The position numbers and the translations under genes are program-made. The notes beneath the pieces were generated by a model. The model did no database searches and had not been told where the DNA came from. It worked only from the letters and a program-made list of their open reading frames with translations. Shown piece after piece: positions 1 through 16,359 of a DNA stretch of 64,000 nt. The stretch is taken from contig OZ287075.1 in assembly GCA_965645245.1 (NCBI GenBank), positions 682,001 through 746,000 on the forward strand. Direction: 5' to 3'. Within the stretch, counting starts at the first letter, position 1. Every line of letters starts with the position of its first letter. Source of the stretch: Massalongia carnosa. Lineage: Eukaryota.

Positions 1-1
1 A

Positions 2-484
2 ATATTTGAGTGTGACCCGAGGAGAAGAATAAACATACCCGAGCTTAGGAGTCGGATCCTCAGGTGCCCCAGGTTCACCACTCGCTCCGCTGTTTCCCCA
101 CCAATCCCTGAGCCTGAGGTACAGGATGCTCAGAACTCCAAGTTAGAAAACATCCCCGATTCCATCAATCCTTTCTATCTATACCCGACGGTACCATTTT
201 ATCCGGTTCCTCCTCCCATTCATACGATAACCGCACAGTACTCGCAACTTACAATTTCTTCGACCGGATCATCAGTGTCAGACGATGGTTCCGTTTACTC
301 GACGTCGTCGAGTTGCTCATCAACGTCTTCTACCGCGAACGTGAACAACATCTCCAGACCACAGGGATCTATATATATACCACCGAAACCGCAACTCAAT
401 TACTACGGCACATTCATGCCTTTGGATCCGACTCCTAAAGATTTAGTTCCTGAACAGTTTTTTCATTCTGTCCAAGTTTGTTAG
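2..484 (+). CDS. 3' end of a Ser/Thr protein kinase, probably Ran1/Pat1 (Sks1/Vhs1)-like; 5' part lies outside the window
   Basis: Frame 2 is open from base 2: IFECDPRRRINIPELRSRILRCPRFTT... (kinase subdomain XI followed by a Ser/Pro-rich tail), with stop TAG at 482-484. Confidence 0.7.
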   Translation: MFECDPRRRINIPELRSRILRCPRFTTRSAVSPPIPEPEVQDAQNSKLENIPDSINPFYLYPTVPFYPVPPPIHTITAQYSQLTISSTGSSVSDDGSVYSTSSSCSSTSSTANVNNISRPQGSIYIPPKPQLNYYGTFMPLDPTPKDLVPEQFFHSVQVC

Positions 485-2579
485 TTTTGTTGCACAAGGT
501 CACCTTCAAGTCACGACAAACCCAGGGGATTGTCGATTACATTCATGTATTTATGATGATGATAATAATTATGAAGGGGTGACACGCTTTGTTGTACCTT
601 TCTCCCTGGAAAGGCGCCATAGAAGGTCCGGAGTCTGCTATTAGGTAATATTTGAAGTTCATCAATAAATGGTGGGAGAGGATTTATGCTACGGGATAGC
701 CATGGGTGTCGCGGTCCTAAAGCCGAAAAAGAGTACCGGGCGCCAGAATGTCCTGATTCGATTCCCTGGACTTGATCATCCATACGTTTTGAATGTCGCT
801 TGTGCTAGTTTCTTTGTTACATGGTTCTTAGATAGATGATTCAAGGCATGACAAGGCGTCTGACATTAGGATACGGTTGTGGTGGGAGGTTGTTTTTCTT
901 CATTTTACGACATGCGAATACTCAAAGGGCACGGGATGGGTTTTTTCGGTGGTTAATGCATGGTGGAAGTCCGATCTGTCACAATTCTACAACTGGCGGA
1001 GGTCTGATCCAATTTCCTCGGTTTTGCACAGAATACGTGAGCTTGGAATCCATACCAACGCTCGACCATGTACAACAAGACGGTTGCACCGACCAAAGAA
1101 TTAGGCGGTCACCATCACTCCATATTGTCACGGCGGGTTTCCCCGGAAGTGGTCATCGTCTAGATAATAGGTTGAGGATCATGCTTTTCATCCCTTTTTA
1201 CCATCGTGATTGCTGCATGAACATTGTTGATCATTTTGGGCCTGCCACGGGGAATGATCTTGCCCAGCAGATCTTGCCTTTCTGTTGTCCCCGGCAATGA
1301 AGGAACCCTGAGAGTTGATGGGTGATAGATATGCCCACGTATGATCCGGCGCAAAGGAAAGCCCTCCTATCCATATCACCTGATTGCGGCCATGCTTTTG
1401 CTAGATTCGCCTTGTACTTGATTGGATGCCCTGCAAACTCATTTCCTTGCCATAGACGATCACCATGTTCAATCACCCTGATCGACACCTCAGCGAAACG
1501 TCGGGCGACGAAAGAACACCACATGAGTAAGCGAGGCGTTGTCTATCGTGCATATCATACGCCAGGTGGAGCTTAACTTCATCCTTATCCCACGTCGAGG
1601 AGGTGCCCCGTGCACTCGCTCTCTGTCGCACAAGAAACCACAGGGCTCATCATTTGCTCGATGTGGCCCTTCCGACGATGTGTGCTTTCCTTCCCCTCTA
1701 GCCCCCAGCGTTCGCCCTGCCTTGGCAGATTTGCTTCGCCCTGTTTTCTTTTCTGGCGCCAAAGTGCATTTTCCCCGGGAAGAAGTAAATCGTTCCGAGG
1801 GACCTTTAAGGGCACTTACATGGAAAGGGTGAGAAGCTGAGCGACAAACTCAGTCACATATTCACCGTTTTTCGCACCAGGCAGGAGGGGGAAGTTACAG
1901 GACACTTGATTTGGTCTAAATCAGCGGCTTGCGCGCGCTGTTGTCGGCGAGAATTATGTGTTTTCCTTTGAGCTATTATTGAATTGCCATGATGCGTCAT
2001 GGAGAGGATGAATCTACTCGCGCGCCTGTGTGGGGTGGGCAGAGGGATTGCATTTGTGGGATATACTCTGTTTCTTGTTTACAGACAGATCTTGCTTGAA
2101 GGGGATAATGTTACATCCAGGTTTTTGCAGACGAACTGCGCTGATTACCTGGAACATGGTTCTTGGATCATCTGTGCCTTTCATCATCATCTTCCAACCA
2201 AATTCTGAGAAAGGGTTTTTTTTTGTTTTCGAAGATGGGATTCACATGCCCCCTATTCTAGACTGCATTATGCAAGCTCCTGCTTCTACGAGTATCGGAT
2301 AGATGCCTCTCTGTATAGAATATGTTAATAGGAGACAAATCGAAACATGTCACGACCTAGATGGAGGTGCTGATGTATGAAACTTTCCCTCTCAAACTAG
2401 TTCATCCCGAAGTTTCCCCCCTTCGTTCCATCGAGAACTTCAATCAACCGCCTGTTGCCACTATGTATCGTGTTCATGGTATCATCTTGGCCTGATCGTC
2501 CCTCTACAGCCGAGAACTGCAGGCTGACGGCACAGACTCATGTTTCTAGTTGGTTTGTTTTCCACACGATGGGCAAGTG

Positions 2580-2580
<1 letters not shown>

Positions 2581-2616
<36 letters not shown>
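2581..2616. repeat. Compound microsatellite (CT)6(CA)12
   Basis: Read directly from the sequence. Confidence 0.95.
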
Positions 2617-2617
<1 letters not shown>

Positions 2618-4490
2618 AACGGTCTGGCTAGTTTTCTTTCCCAGCTTGTTGGGTAAAGTCCTTCACGTTTCCCACGATTGCGAATGCTAAAGCTCGAAGT
2701 AGGACCTTCTCCCAACATTCCAACCGCTTCTGCTGCGCCATCATGACCAAGCTCAACTCCTTTATGCACGTTGGATGGCATTCGTTGCACAGGATGTATG
2801 TATACTCGTGAATCCGCTGGTTAGGGAAACAGCGAAACGGTATTATCGACACGCGATCGCGTCAGAACCTTCATGTCAAAGGGCTCTCTTGCCAGCCGAC
2901 TTTTCCATCCTATCATGGTTTTGGTTGTTACCCACCCCCACGCTGTTTAGCCTTTGGGATTCTCTCATGTCTCATATAACGCACGATCGTCTAAGGGTCA
3001 GCGTCAGCGTCAGCGTTATACAGACTATTGTATCCGTGCATTATCAATTCTAAGCTGAGCTAAAACTGCGTGGGGCTGGCGTGGTTAGAACCAACCTTCT
3101 ATGCAGAGTACTCTGTACTCCCGTAACAACTAATGAGTAATCAATTTCTCGAGTTGTTCACGTTTTAGTTCTCATATTTTGGATCCTTAGCTGCAGGGTT
3201 GGCTGCATCTACTACTCAGTTTAAATCCTCCAGCCTCCAAAGGCCCCAATCACCCAGACTGCTAACCATGCACGTATCTAGACGAACCAATTATCCGAGC
3301 TCGGCACAGTTGTCTCGCCGGCTTCCTTCGGTCTTGGCTCTGCGGTCATCTCTACCGTTGCTTTTCCTTCGTTTGTCGCATGATTTTTCAACAAGCACTC
3401 GATCGGTACGAGTGTCCACCAACCCAACAGTTTGACATTCATTCTCTCCGCATAAGCTTTGCGAATCCTTCTTTTCAAGCCTGCAGCTAGTTAACGCGTT
3501 CCCCCCCGCAGATCAGCTGACAGACGCAGATCAGCTGACAGACGCAACTGCACAGAGTATAGAGTATCCCAGCCTTATCTCTTCAACAGAGATCGACAAT
3601 GCGCATGTTGGGTTGTTTTGATCGACGGTGCTCTGCCTGTCCAGCTTTAGGCAGCAACAGCACAGCCGCCTCCGTGCCGCATCCACGCACCCTACAATCG
3701 CGTAGAACCTGTATGGTATCTTCCACACCTATGGTAACTCCTACGGCCCGACAACCGGATGGGCTTACAGAATTGTGCTAATGACGCATGAAAGAGCTCA
3801 CAACACTTCTTCTCAACATCAACCCTTGTGCCATGCACCCACCATCTCTCCGCCTTGCCCATCAAATGCATGAGGTTTCTTTCTGAGTGATTACACCCTC
3901 TATAAAAAAGCCCTCGCTACCAGCGAACCACGATTTCAGCCGGTAAAGCAAACTTTCCCCCAACCCCCGAAAGCAGCGCCTTCTATCCAATACAACCAGC
4001 CCCCCTTCATGTGGCATACGTTTAGCAAACTGGTCGGTGCAGATTCACATGTAGTCATCCACCTGGATAGCCCAAGAATAGAGTGCTGAACCGCAAGATT
4101 GCTCGTTGGATAGTTATGAGATCTATCCGATATCATGGGGGAGACCTCATAGTTGAATGCGTACATAATTTCAACGATCCTGCAGGTGGCCGACGCAACC
4201 AACCGTTTTCTTTTTGTTTGCTCATCCCGTCTGTAGAATACCGGTCCGGTTAACGAATCTCAGCCATTGATTGCCCCGATTGCCGCTCCCGATTGCAAGT
4301 CTCAAGCAGCGCTTTGATAAAAAAATAAACAATAAAAAACAAACTAAGATATTACCACCACCATGGGAGCATCTCACCTAGTCAGTTAGTTAGTCAGTCA
4401 GCTAGCTTGCTAGCTAGCCAGCAATCAAATCCCATCAAAAGATTTCTTCTTCTTCTTCTTCTTTCTCGCCTATCCCTTATTCCAAACCCT

Positions 4491-4541
4491 CTGACTGACT
4501 GACTGACTGACTGACTGACTGACTGATACATACATACATAC
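4491..4541. repeat. Compound microsatellite (CTGA)9 followed by (TACA)n
   Basis: Read directly from the sequence. Confidence 0.95.
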
Positions 4542-5516
4542 GTCCAATTTATACAACAACTTGCCTGTATCTAAGGCACACACACACACAAACACACACT
4601 TCCGCCATCTCTTCCCCAACCCCCAAGCCTCAAGTTCCAAGTTAGTCTTCCACCACCCCCTTCCCGTCTTCGCCTCCCTATCTGCCTCTTTCATTCATTC
4701 ACCTCAACCCCCCCTCCTCTTCCCACAAAAATCCCATTAAATCCAATAAACCCGCACAATAAATACCCACCTACGAAAACCTCCATTGCCCTTCTCCTCT
4801 ACCTATCTATCTAGCTATATTGGACCACACCCCCCCCCCCAAAAACCGAACCGATCAATCCGAATTCATCCCCCCCCCAAAAAAACTTCGACGAGATCAA
4901 GAAAGGGGAAGTCCCCCTCCGGGCTTACGGAAGCAGAATATCTTCCTTCTCCTTCCACTCCTCCGTACACCCTGCTCTCCAATGAAAATAAGAAGCCAAA
5001 ACAAAACAAAAAAATGCCGGGAAATATTTCCAAGGATATGTATGAATACAACGGACCGGGGGGGGGGGGGTGAGGGGGGTTAAGGGGCACAATTGCTGAA
5101 TTGATAAAGATTCGGTCAATGGTGAACACTGCGTCAAAATTATTTACTTAGCCCGCTACGTTGACGGTGGGCTGGACGTGGAAGGTGGAAGGGGATGGTT
5201 TGATGTTGCTTGAGAATGGAAAAGAAAGGTAAATGGGACCGCTTCGTTAGAATACGAAAGCCATACCTACCATGCGTGCATACATACATACATGCTGGTG
5301 ATGACAACATCAATTGCGCAGATGTCATGACGGCAATCGGCAATAGTATCGAGTTTGCAAACGCGTTCGACTACTTGTCTGAATTCTATCTACGTACAAA
5401 GCTCCTTTAGCTGCTTCAAATCGTTAGATGGTATTAGGTATACCGTGGTTGGGAGGTAGAAATGAATAAATTGGCGGCCTTGTAGTTCAATCCGTTGAGT
5501 ATCTTCACTTCATATG

Positions 5517-8338
<2,822 letters not shown>

Positions 8339-8856
8339 GGCTTACTGCTGGGACGCAGCCTCTAAGACTGTACCTAGTCTACGAATTGTGGATTTTATGG
8401 TTAGCTACTGATGCTAGAAAATGGTGAGGCTTTGGTAAGAAGCCCAACTAGTGTAAAGTCTCTCACGGTGCTATCGCTGCACCGAATTAAGATGATAAAA
8501 ACACTCCTCAAACTATGAACTCAGGCAAGCCCTCTTAGTGTATGTATGTGACAAGAGCTTGATTGTAGATGATACAGGAACAGATTCTTCGAGAGCAAGC
8601 TTTGGATTGGCTAGTTGTTAAGGGTTGGTAAGGCAGTTGAGAAAAGCTTGGATAGCCGTTCGATATCTACTCAAGTTGTTCGGGTTCATGCACGTGATAA
8701 ATCTCAAGTACTAGCGTTGTATTTTAACCCACTGTCATTTTACCATACTACGTACCGTCAGCATGTTAAACCAACAACGATTTTCATATCTATGACCACC
8801 GGAGTAAACCCAGAATATACCCCATCAAGCATCTGAGTCTTTTGATCAACAAGAAA

Positions 8857-9202
8857 ATGGGTGGAAACAGCAGAGAAGGTCACCATACCCAACAGGCTGT
8901 GTATTCAGTTCGCTTACCCTGTTATGCAGGCGGAAAGGCCAAACCGCTCAAAGCACCCAAGAAGGAGAAGAAAGAGTTAGACGAGGATGATATTGCACAT
9001 CTTGAGAAACTAAAGGCCGGTAAGCAGTAATATTTGATCTGCATTACCTACGTGCACGGAAGATATGGATATTACGGTGTTCTGAAGACTAATTTCTGGC
9101 TGTGTAGATGCAAAGGCAAACAAAGAAATGGCCGAGAAGGCGAAAGGGAAGGGGCCGCTCAACGCAGGACAGCAAGGAATTAAGAAGTCCGGGAAGAAGT
9201 AG
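8857..9202 (+). CDS. TMA7: Translation machinery-associated protein 7, 3 exons
   Basis: MGGNSREG/GKAKPLKAPKKEKKELDEDD...KGKGPLNAGQQGIKKSGKK*; introns 8879-8929 and 9020-9107. Confidence 0.9.
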
Positions 9203-9610
9203 ATCAGTTCTTTAAGAATTCATGCGGTAGGCGCTTTGGAGTCTGCAGGACTAAGCAAGGATAGCGATTCACGTAACATGAAAACATTTCACGAGGATAG
9301 CTGGCGGAATTATCGGGCGTGATCCTGAACGATTTCCGTTTACTAACTATTACTGCAAAGAATCCTCTCTTTGTCACAAACTTTCGCTGTCCTGAAATCT
9401 ATCGTCCTGGAGCGAAACGTCTAGCCAACGAAAGGCAGCGAGCGTATCTACCACGAAGGTTTTTTACAATCATACTTTGTATTTTTCTGACCCCATCCCT
9501 GATTACTGGTCATAGTATCCTGTGTATAGACTTATTTTGGTACAAATAATATAAGAATTCGGTCTGATGCATCACATTAAAGTCAGCATGTCGGTGGAGC
9601 TACGCCGGCA

Positions 9611-11500
9611 TCAAGATGCTAGGCGTTTGACCCAAAGTGAAGAGTTCTCATAAGCAGAGTCATTATCATGTCGTTTCCACGCCCTGTGTAGCTGTAGTCC
9701 TGTTTCATGTTCTTCCTTCACGACTATTTCCAACTCCTTTTTAAGACCATCAACAGTTCTCTTGATTTCATGTCGCGACGCCATATAATATGCAATGGAA
9801 CTAGGCTGGACAACATGAGTAAGCTCATGTATAACAGTCCCGAGATTTCCCCGACGGCGACGTAAATTGTCTAGCTTAGCTTCAAGACTCGCCACCCGCG
9901 TAACAGCTTGAGCTTCGGGAGGAGATTTTGGTAGCGATTTCGAAAGCCCCCCCTCTACAGTACCTGCATTGAATGATCTTCCTAATTCCGAGGGCGTAGG
10001 CTTCCGAGATGGGATACTAGCAGCTGGAACCGGCCTTTTACGGTTCAGAATGGATGATGGAGTTGGCCCTGAGCAATCGGTATTCATTAAAGGTGTGGCA
10101 GGGGGGCTGTCAAAAGCCGTGGTGGCGTAAGTTGTAGCGCTGAAACGACTTGGAGGCTGATCTTCAAGATGCATATGATGCATTCTAGCCCGAAAATCCT
10201 TCTCGTTGACCGCGAGATCTTGTCCACCGGATACTCTGCGCGGCGTGGCTTCTGGTGAGACCGGCACTCGTCTGTCCTTCTTCTCCTCGGTAAGTATGTG
10301 CTGTGTCGGGTGTGACAGGATGGAATCTTGAATTACCGAATCCGCATGTCTATAACACGGAAAAATTTGAGGTCCGTCAAGAGGCGTATCTTCTCCCGAG
10401 GACTCATGATGATCCACCAAGTCATGACTGTCAATGAACCTTGAAGGCAGGCTAGATTTGCGTTGGGTTGCATAGATGACCGTTGATGCTGGAGATACGC
10501 TACCAGAAGAGTGTTCTCTTGGATATACCGAATGTTGTTGGGAACCACGGGGGAAGGAAGGCGTCTTGCCAGGGGGCAGAGGCTTATCCAGCAGGGGGTT
10601 CATGATTGCGTGTCGTCCACTTGCGCCTCTCCATGCTTCTTTAGGGCTGAATAAGGGTTCGGGTTGCTTGGTTGAGTATCTTCTACCGCCTTGACCTCTT
10701 CCACCATTGATACTGGTTTCATTCCCCAAAGAGCCAGCTCTTTGTCCCTGGATATGTTCAAACTCAAAATTAACAGCTCCCGGGACGGCCTGGGCGGGTT
10801 TCCCAGCCTCGCTGGTGGTAGGCTCACCAGAGAAGTCATCCCAGCGAGTCAGGTTTGTTACGGTGGAATCTCGATCGGGCGGACTGGCGCTGGCACCTCT
10901 GCCTCGCCACCCCGAGAACAGAGGTCTGGGACTATATTGATCATACATCTTTGTAGGCACTGGAATACTGCTACCCTGACGGCTCCCCCGTTTGAAGTAT
11001 GTCGCCAAAGGGCTCGGGGATTCTGTGATAGGTGAAATGTCAAGACTACTCCGTTGGCTTCCGTTCTTTCCACCATCGTTCATCTGTATAGACTCCGGAG
11101 GTGAAACATCATTGTAGTGGTGCGAGAAGACTCTTGGAGTGTCTGATCCAGAGGTAGTATTCCTACTTAGATCGGGCGAAGGTTGGGAGTAAACCGAGGA
11201 TGCAGTGGGCGTTTCGGATACAGGACGCTCGGAACTTGTACTGGGCACTTGCAGTGACCTGCTTCTTGAATTTAGCATCATCGATATCGTATGTCAATTA
11301 TGAACTTACAATGGAAGCTCGGGCAAGCCCTTGAGAACATCTTGCGTCTTCCTCCGACCAAAGGCCGGTCTTGAACTTATACTGAGATCGACTGTGTTTA
11401 TTATTGTTGAGCCCTCTAAAGTCCTCTCATCGACAGTCGTTTCAATTAAAATAGGGTGTCCGATGGCCCTATCGGATGTACGATTAAGTCTCTTCCACAT
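9611..11500 (-). CDS. Conserved fungal hypothetical protein, Ser/Pro-rich with C-terminal coiled-coil, 2 exons
   Basis: 556-aa ORF (9611-11281) joined in frame to an upstream exon starting MWKRL at 11500 via intron 11265-11309 (GTAAGT...GCTAA...AAG). C-terminus EEHETGLQLHRAWKR...SLWVKRL looks conserved. Confidence 0.75.
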
Positions 11501-12379
11501 GGCACAGTAGGCGATTTTGAATAGCCTCACGCTTTCCTCCCGATGTTTGTTGAATTCGTGGAACAAGGACAGTCTTCTCAGAAGATGGTGGGGTTACTAG
11601 TTGCTAGCTGTAGGAAGAACAAGAGAAAGATACAGGCAAGGAGTGAAGAAAAGCTGGTGTTGGCGGTCCAGATGTTAATTGTATTTTGAATGACTGTACC
11701 TTTCCATAGCTAGGTTAGGAAAATGGAACACCTGTCAGAACCAGAAGACATTGATAAACAAGACAGAAACGACTTCAGCACGCGCGATCAACAGCTGTTG
11801 TGCAACTCTACGGATACGGAGTACAGCGTCTGTACTACTTTGAAAGTCCATCGCGTAGAGTTCGTGCACCAGTACCCTGTTTGTAACAATAGTGAAACAT
11901 CAAGAGGGTCCTCCACTAGGATAAGGCGGGTAGGCGGCTTGGTCGGATCAGGAGTTGTAAAGCCGATAATTAACCGGGTGGAAGGCAAGGGGAACGCATT
12001 TATAAGATAAATCGACACCTGTGTATATGTCAAAAAAGCAGCGCGAACACAAGGATTAAAGACCTTCATTCTTGCCAAGGTACTCCGTACTCGAGGATAA
12101 AATGAAGCAGTAGAGAATGATAATTTTAGAAGTATTCAAAATCAAAAGGTTGTTTTCGTACTGAGGAATTTAGGGAACAGGCCCATGATGCTAAAAGCGA
12201 AAGGTGGAGATAAAAATGCGAAAGAGTTTCCAGAGTACATATGTGCATACTCATTTCATGACCGCTCCCGAATAGAGCAGCTTATGCGTGCTTCTCTCAC
12301 CGCCCCCGTTGCTACATAGATATCATAACACTTCTTCAAGGTGCTCCAGAAGGGCAAGTCCCTATTGATAAGACCTGTC

Positions 12380-13007
12380 ATGGCGGAGAGTATGTTTAAT
12401 GATGTACATACTTGCACCTGCAGCGCTCTAAGTCTAACAAAGAACAGGTCACTTTTCGTCTGATGGGGATCCTTCGGCACCTCATACGTGAGTTCACTTC
12501 TTATGTTCTTTCATGTGGAGCTAATTACTTGTTCTTAGAGCTTCGATTGCATCGCCTATAAATCTTGTTCTGCTGGCATTCCTTGTCCTGATAGTCTATA
12601 TTCGTTTGCGTCCAGCGCAACTACCGATTTTGCCAAGAAGGCCCTCGCCGGTGGTCTTTCGTACCTTCACTCCGCCAACCTTGAAGCCATACAATGGCGA
12701 GAAAGACATGCCTGTCTATCTAGCGGTGCGAGGAAAAGTGTTCGACGTAACACCTGGAAGGAACTTCTATGGCCCGGGAGGACCCTACGAGAACTTTGCA
12801 GGGAGAGACGCAAGCAGAGGTTTAGCTTGTGGCAGCTTCGATGAGGATATGTTAACCAAAGACTTGCAAGGTCCATTAGACAGTCTACAAGGTTTGGGGG
12901 AAGATGAGTTGCGGGCATTACAAGACTGGGAAGATAGATTTACGGAGAAATACCTGGTGGTCGGAAAGCTGGTAGCCTGCGGAAGCGAAGAGATGGCAGA
13001 GAAGTAA
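12380..13007 (+). CDS. DAP1: Membrane-associated progesterone receptor / cytochrome b5-like heme-steroid binding protein (Dap1 family), 3 exons
   Basis: VYLAVRGKVFDVTPGRNFYGPGGPYENFAGRDASRGLA and an N-terminal TM segment (LVLLAFLVLIVYI). Introns 12390-12447 and 12488-12538 keep the frame. Confidence 0.88.
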
Positions 13008-13632
13008 TCACAGGGAGCGTACCCTGTATCGGGACCCTTTGAATTCACCGGCTGCCATAAACTCAGATATCTGTCTATGGCTTCAAGTTGTCTTAAAAAT
13101 CCGAATAGGTCCTTGATGCACGACAAAGTTGTGGGAGGAAGGAGAAACCCAAAAGTAATTCTCATATCCAGAGTTGGAATTTTTACTTGGTTTCTTATGT
13201 TGGTTATACTTTATGTACTATTTTCACGACCCCTTTATGTATCGAATAAACTACCTGGGTAGTCAACCCGATATTTTTATTTTAAAGATAAGTGCTATAC
13301 AGTAGAGAAAGCATTAAGGATGTGGAAGCTGTTCGAAAGGGTATAATCTGAAGTTATTCATCATGAAATGCTGCACGAATATTACTACATTAGGTATGTT
13401 GCATTACTCAGATACTTAGCGTCCATAGGGGGAGGTAACTTTGTCAGCTTGAGGCCAAGTTGCCGGCGGCAAAGTTCATGAGATACGTTTCTTTTTTATA
13501 TCTGCATTTCAAGTTGCTACTGTAAGGATAGTTTCTAATTAAACATGCACTCATCGAGGGTAATTCGACTTGCGTGGCATTGCGTTCGGTGATAAAGCTA
13601 AGGTGATCTTACAAAAGCTGTTTAAGTCCCCA

Positions 13633-16359
13633 ATGGTGAACGGGAAACCAAATAAGTATGGACAGGAGGATTCGCTTCCAATTCCAACTTACGAAGAAGC
13701 AATATCATCTCGTCCATCATCATCGCAAGCCTTCCTTGGTCCGGCAGAGGTCAGCCATGATGCTGAAAGGCAAGGGCTTCTTGCCTATCAAAGACCTTCT
13801 GAAAATGGGTACGAAGCTCCAACCGTCGAGTCAGCAGGATCTAGTCTAGAACATCTGCCATCGTCTAGAGCTACCTCACCCAGAAGCTCTGCGGAAAATT
13901 TGCGCAGGGAGATAATACAACTCGACATCCTTGAGCCTGGAGTGCAAGGGGAAGGAGGAAGGCTTCGGAGCAGCCGATTATCTAAACACATTACAAACCT
14001 CACCCACAGTCTCTCCTCCATCAACCTCCCTTTTCGACAATGGCTACCCTCGTTGGACTACATCCGGGCAAGAATACCCCCTTTTCCTGATAATCTAAAA
14101 CCCAGCTGGATTTTGTTGGGGCGTGTATTTGCGCTGCTACTTGTTTTGTCGTTAGCATATCTCTTATTTATATCAGACGTTTTCAGTATCAATCGAGGAC
14201 GGGGGGAAAACCAGATATATGATCCCGAATATGCAAGATCTTATGTTCAAAGCAACATCGATGAGACCTACATTCGCCAGAACTCCGAGCACCTCACAAC
14301 GTTTGATCATGTGGCTGGTACACAAGGTAGTTTCGCACTTGCGAGATGGATGAAGGGGTTGTTCAGTGCGGCAAGGTTGGAACATGTTGGGTTAGAAAGA
14401 TTTGATGTTTACCTTAACTTTCCGACCACAAGCGGGCGTAAGGTAGCCATTATTGATCCTCCAGAAATGGCCTGGGAGGCACTGATCGAAGAAGACCATA
14501 TCTACAAGGATTCTCCTCGAGAACAAACCCTTGTGTTTCATGGACATTCACGGTCTGGCAATGTCACGGGATCATTGGTTTATGCAAATTACGGGTCCAG
14601 GGAAGACTTCGAGCGACTTAAACACCACGGTGTATATGTTACAGACTCGATTGCAATTGTTAGAAATCATGGGACCCAAAGCGACCAAGCTGTGCAAGTC
14701 AAAGCTGCTGAATTGGCCGGCGCGATTGGTTGCATCATATACAGCTATCCTGCTGAGGTTGGGTTTCGAAACAGAACGGTCTCTCCCGATGGATATATCA
14801 TGCCTAGCGATGGGGTACATAGGGGGTCCGTCACTCTGTCGAGTTGGACTGTGGGTGACGTTTTAAGCAGTGGGTTTGCTTCCCACCCTTTTGAAAAGAA
14901 AAGAAATTCGAAAGATTCGAACCCAGGCCTTGCCAAAATCCCAAGCATACCTTTGGCTTGGAGGGATGCGCAGAAGTTACTTAAAGCACTTAAAGGTCAC
15001 GGCCATAAAGTGCCCGATGGCTGGAAAGTAGGCATTGGGGATTTTGAATGGTGGTCTGGTGATCAGGAATCTCCTATCGTGCATGTAATGAACCTACAAG
15101 ACGAAGAAGAGAGGCAGCCCATTTACAATGTCGTAGGAAAGATCACTGGACTTGAGCAACCTGAGAAATCCATCATTGTTGGAAATCATCGAGACGCATG
15201 GTGCTTTGGAGCTACAGATCCTGGCAGCGGTACAGCGGTTCTTTTGGAAGTCGTGAGAATCTTTGGTGAACTGAGAAGCCTCGGGTGGAGGCCTTTACGG
15301 AGCATTGAATTTGCTTCCTGGGATGGCGGGGAATATAATCTGATTGGATCTACCGAGCACGTCGAGGCAAGGATACAAGATCTGCGGCAGAATGGGATTG
15401 CTTACATTAATGTTGACGTCGCCGTGGCCGGGTCTGAATTCCAAGCAGCTGCAAGCCCGCTCTTCGAGAAAGTTTTGCTACAAGTCCTGGACCGCACGAC
15501 CGACCCAGTGAGCAATAGGACACTCCGGTCTTTATGGAATGAGAAGAAGAACAAGCTGCAAGTTCTCGGAGTGGAAAGTGACTACGTTGCCTTCCAGTAT
15601 ATGGCAGGAACTTCAAGCATCAACCTTGGCTTCAGTGGTTCTCTGTATCCATACCATAGCTGCTATGATAGCTTCGAGCGAATGAGCAAATACGGCGACT
15701 CGGATTTTCAATATCACAAGAACCTGGCGCAAATATGGGCATTACTGATCCTTGAGCTGGCAGATACCAGACTGATCCCGTTCGACTTTAATGCATACGC
15801 TCACGCCATAAAAGGCTACTTAGAGGATTTCGAGCAGTATGCTAAAGGTAAAGGAGCACTAGAGCATAATTTCAGTTTGAAGCCATTGTATCAAGCTCTG
15901 GAGGAGTTCACGAAGAATGCGGTCCAGTTCCATGACTGGGATCGAACGTGGGCTGAGGTCGTATATAGTCAAGAGGGATTTGAGAGTAACGTTGTGGCTA
16001 TAAAACGAATGAGTCACAACACGAGAATGGCAAACTTTGAAACACATTTGCTTGATCTTGAGAACGGCGTATGTCTATGGTTTTGCTTTACTTTCGCTAT
16101 ACCCTTCTGTCATATTCCCCTATTCGTTTCCGGCAACCCTTTCATATTTCACATGAAGCTAATTGAGAGTGCACAGCTTCCCGGAAGGGAACAATACAAA
16201 CACGTGTTATTCGCACCTCAAAGATGGTCCGGTCATGGTCAAACGTATTTCCCAGGTGTAAGAGATGCTATCGAGGATGGGGATTGGGAGTTGGCGCAAG
16301 CAGAAGTTCTCAAAGTTGCTGGCATTCTATCACATGCAAGCAAGAAACTCCTTCACTAA
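13633..16359 (+). CDS. Type II membrane M28 peptidase-family protein (glutamate carboxypeptidase II / transferrin-receptor-like; Vps70/Tre1-2 type)
   Basis: PTYEEA motif, TM helix, PA domain (LVYANYG), GNHRDAW, GATDPGSGTAVLLE, SWDGGEY, YHSCYD and a TfR dimerisation tail. In-frame intron 16069-16176 (GTATGT...GCTAAT...CAG). Confidence 0.9.
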   Translation: MVNGKPNKYGQEDSLPIPTYEEAISSRPSSSQAFLGPAEVSHDAERQGLLAYQRPSENGYEAPTVESAGSSLEHLPSSRATSPRSSAENLRREIIQLDILEPGVQGEGGRLRSSRLSKHITNLTHSLSSINLPFRQWLPSLDYIRARIPPFPDNLKPSWILLGRVFALLLVLSLAYLLFISDVFSINRGRGENQIYDPEYARSYVQSNIDETYIRQNSEHLTTFDHVAGTQGSFALARWMKGLFSAARLEHVGLERFDVYLNFPTTSGRKVAIIDPPEMAWEALIEEDHIYKDSPREQTLVFHGHSRSGNVTGSLVYANYGSREDFERLKHHGVYVTDSIAIVRNHGTQSDQAVQVKAAELAGAIGCIIYSYPAEVGFRNRTVSPDGYIMPSDGVHRGSVTLSSWTVGDVLSSGFASHPFEKKRNSKDSNPGLAKIPSIPLAWRDAQKLLKALKGHGHKVPDGWKVGIGDFEWWSGDQESPIVHVMNLQDEEERQPIYNVVGKITGLEQPEKSIIVGNHRDAWCFGATDPGSGTAVLLEVVRIFGELRSLGWRPLRSIEFASWDGGEYNLIGSTEHVEARIQDLRQNGIAYINVDVAVAGSEFQAAASPLFEKVLLQVLDRTTDPVSNRTLRSLWNEKKNKLQVLGVESDYVAFQYMAGTSSINLGFSGSLYPYHSCYDSFERMSKYGDSDFQYHKNLAQIWALLILELADTRLIPFDFNAYAHAIKGYLEDFEQYAKGKGALEHNFSLKPLYQALEEFTKNAVQFHDWDRTWAEVVYSQEGFESNVVAIKRMSHNTRMANFETHLLDLENGVCLWFCFTFAIPFCHIPLFVSGNPFIFHMKLIESAQLPGREQYKHVLFAPQRWSGHGQTYFPGVRDAIEDGDWELAQAEVLKVAGILSHASKKLLH

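Noticed and set aside
511..5410. Many 60-150-aa ORFs on both strands
   Set aside because: No recognisable motifs, mostly non-ATG starts, and they overlap at random.
13570..13632. TTG-initiated N-terminal extension of the peptidase
   Set aside because: Eukaryotic gene; the first in-frame ATG is at 13633.
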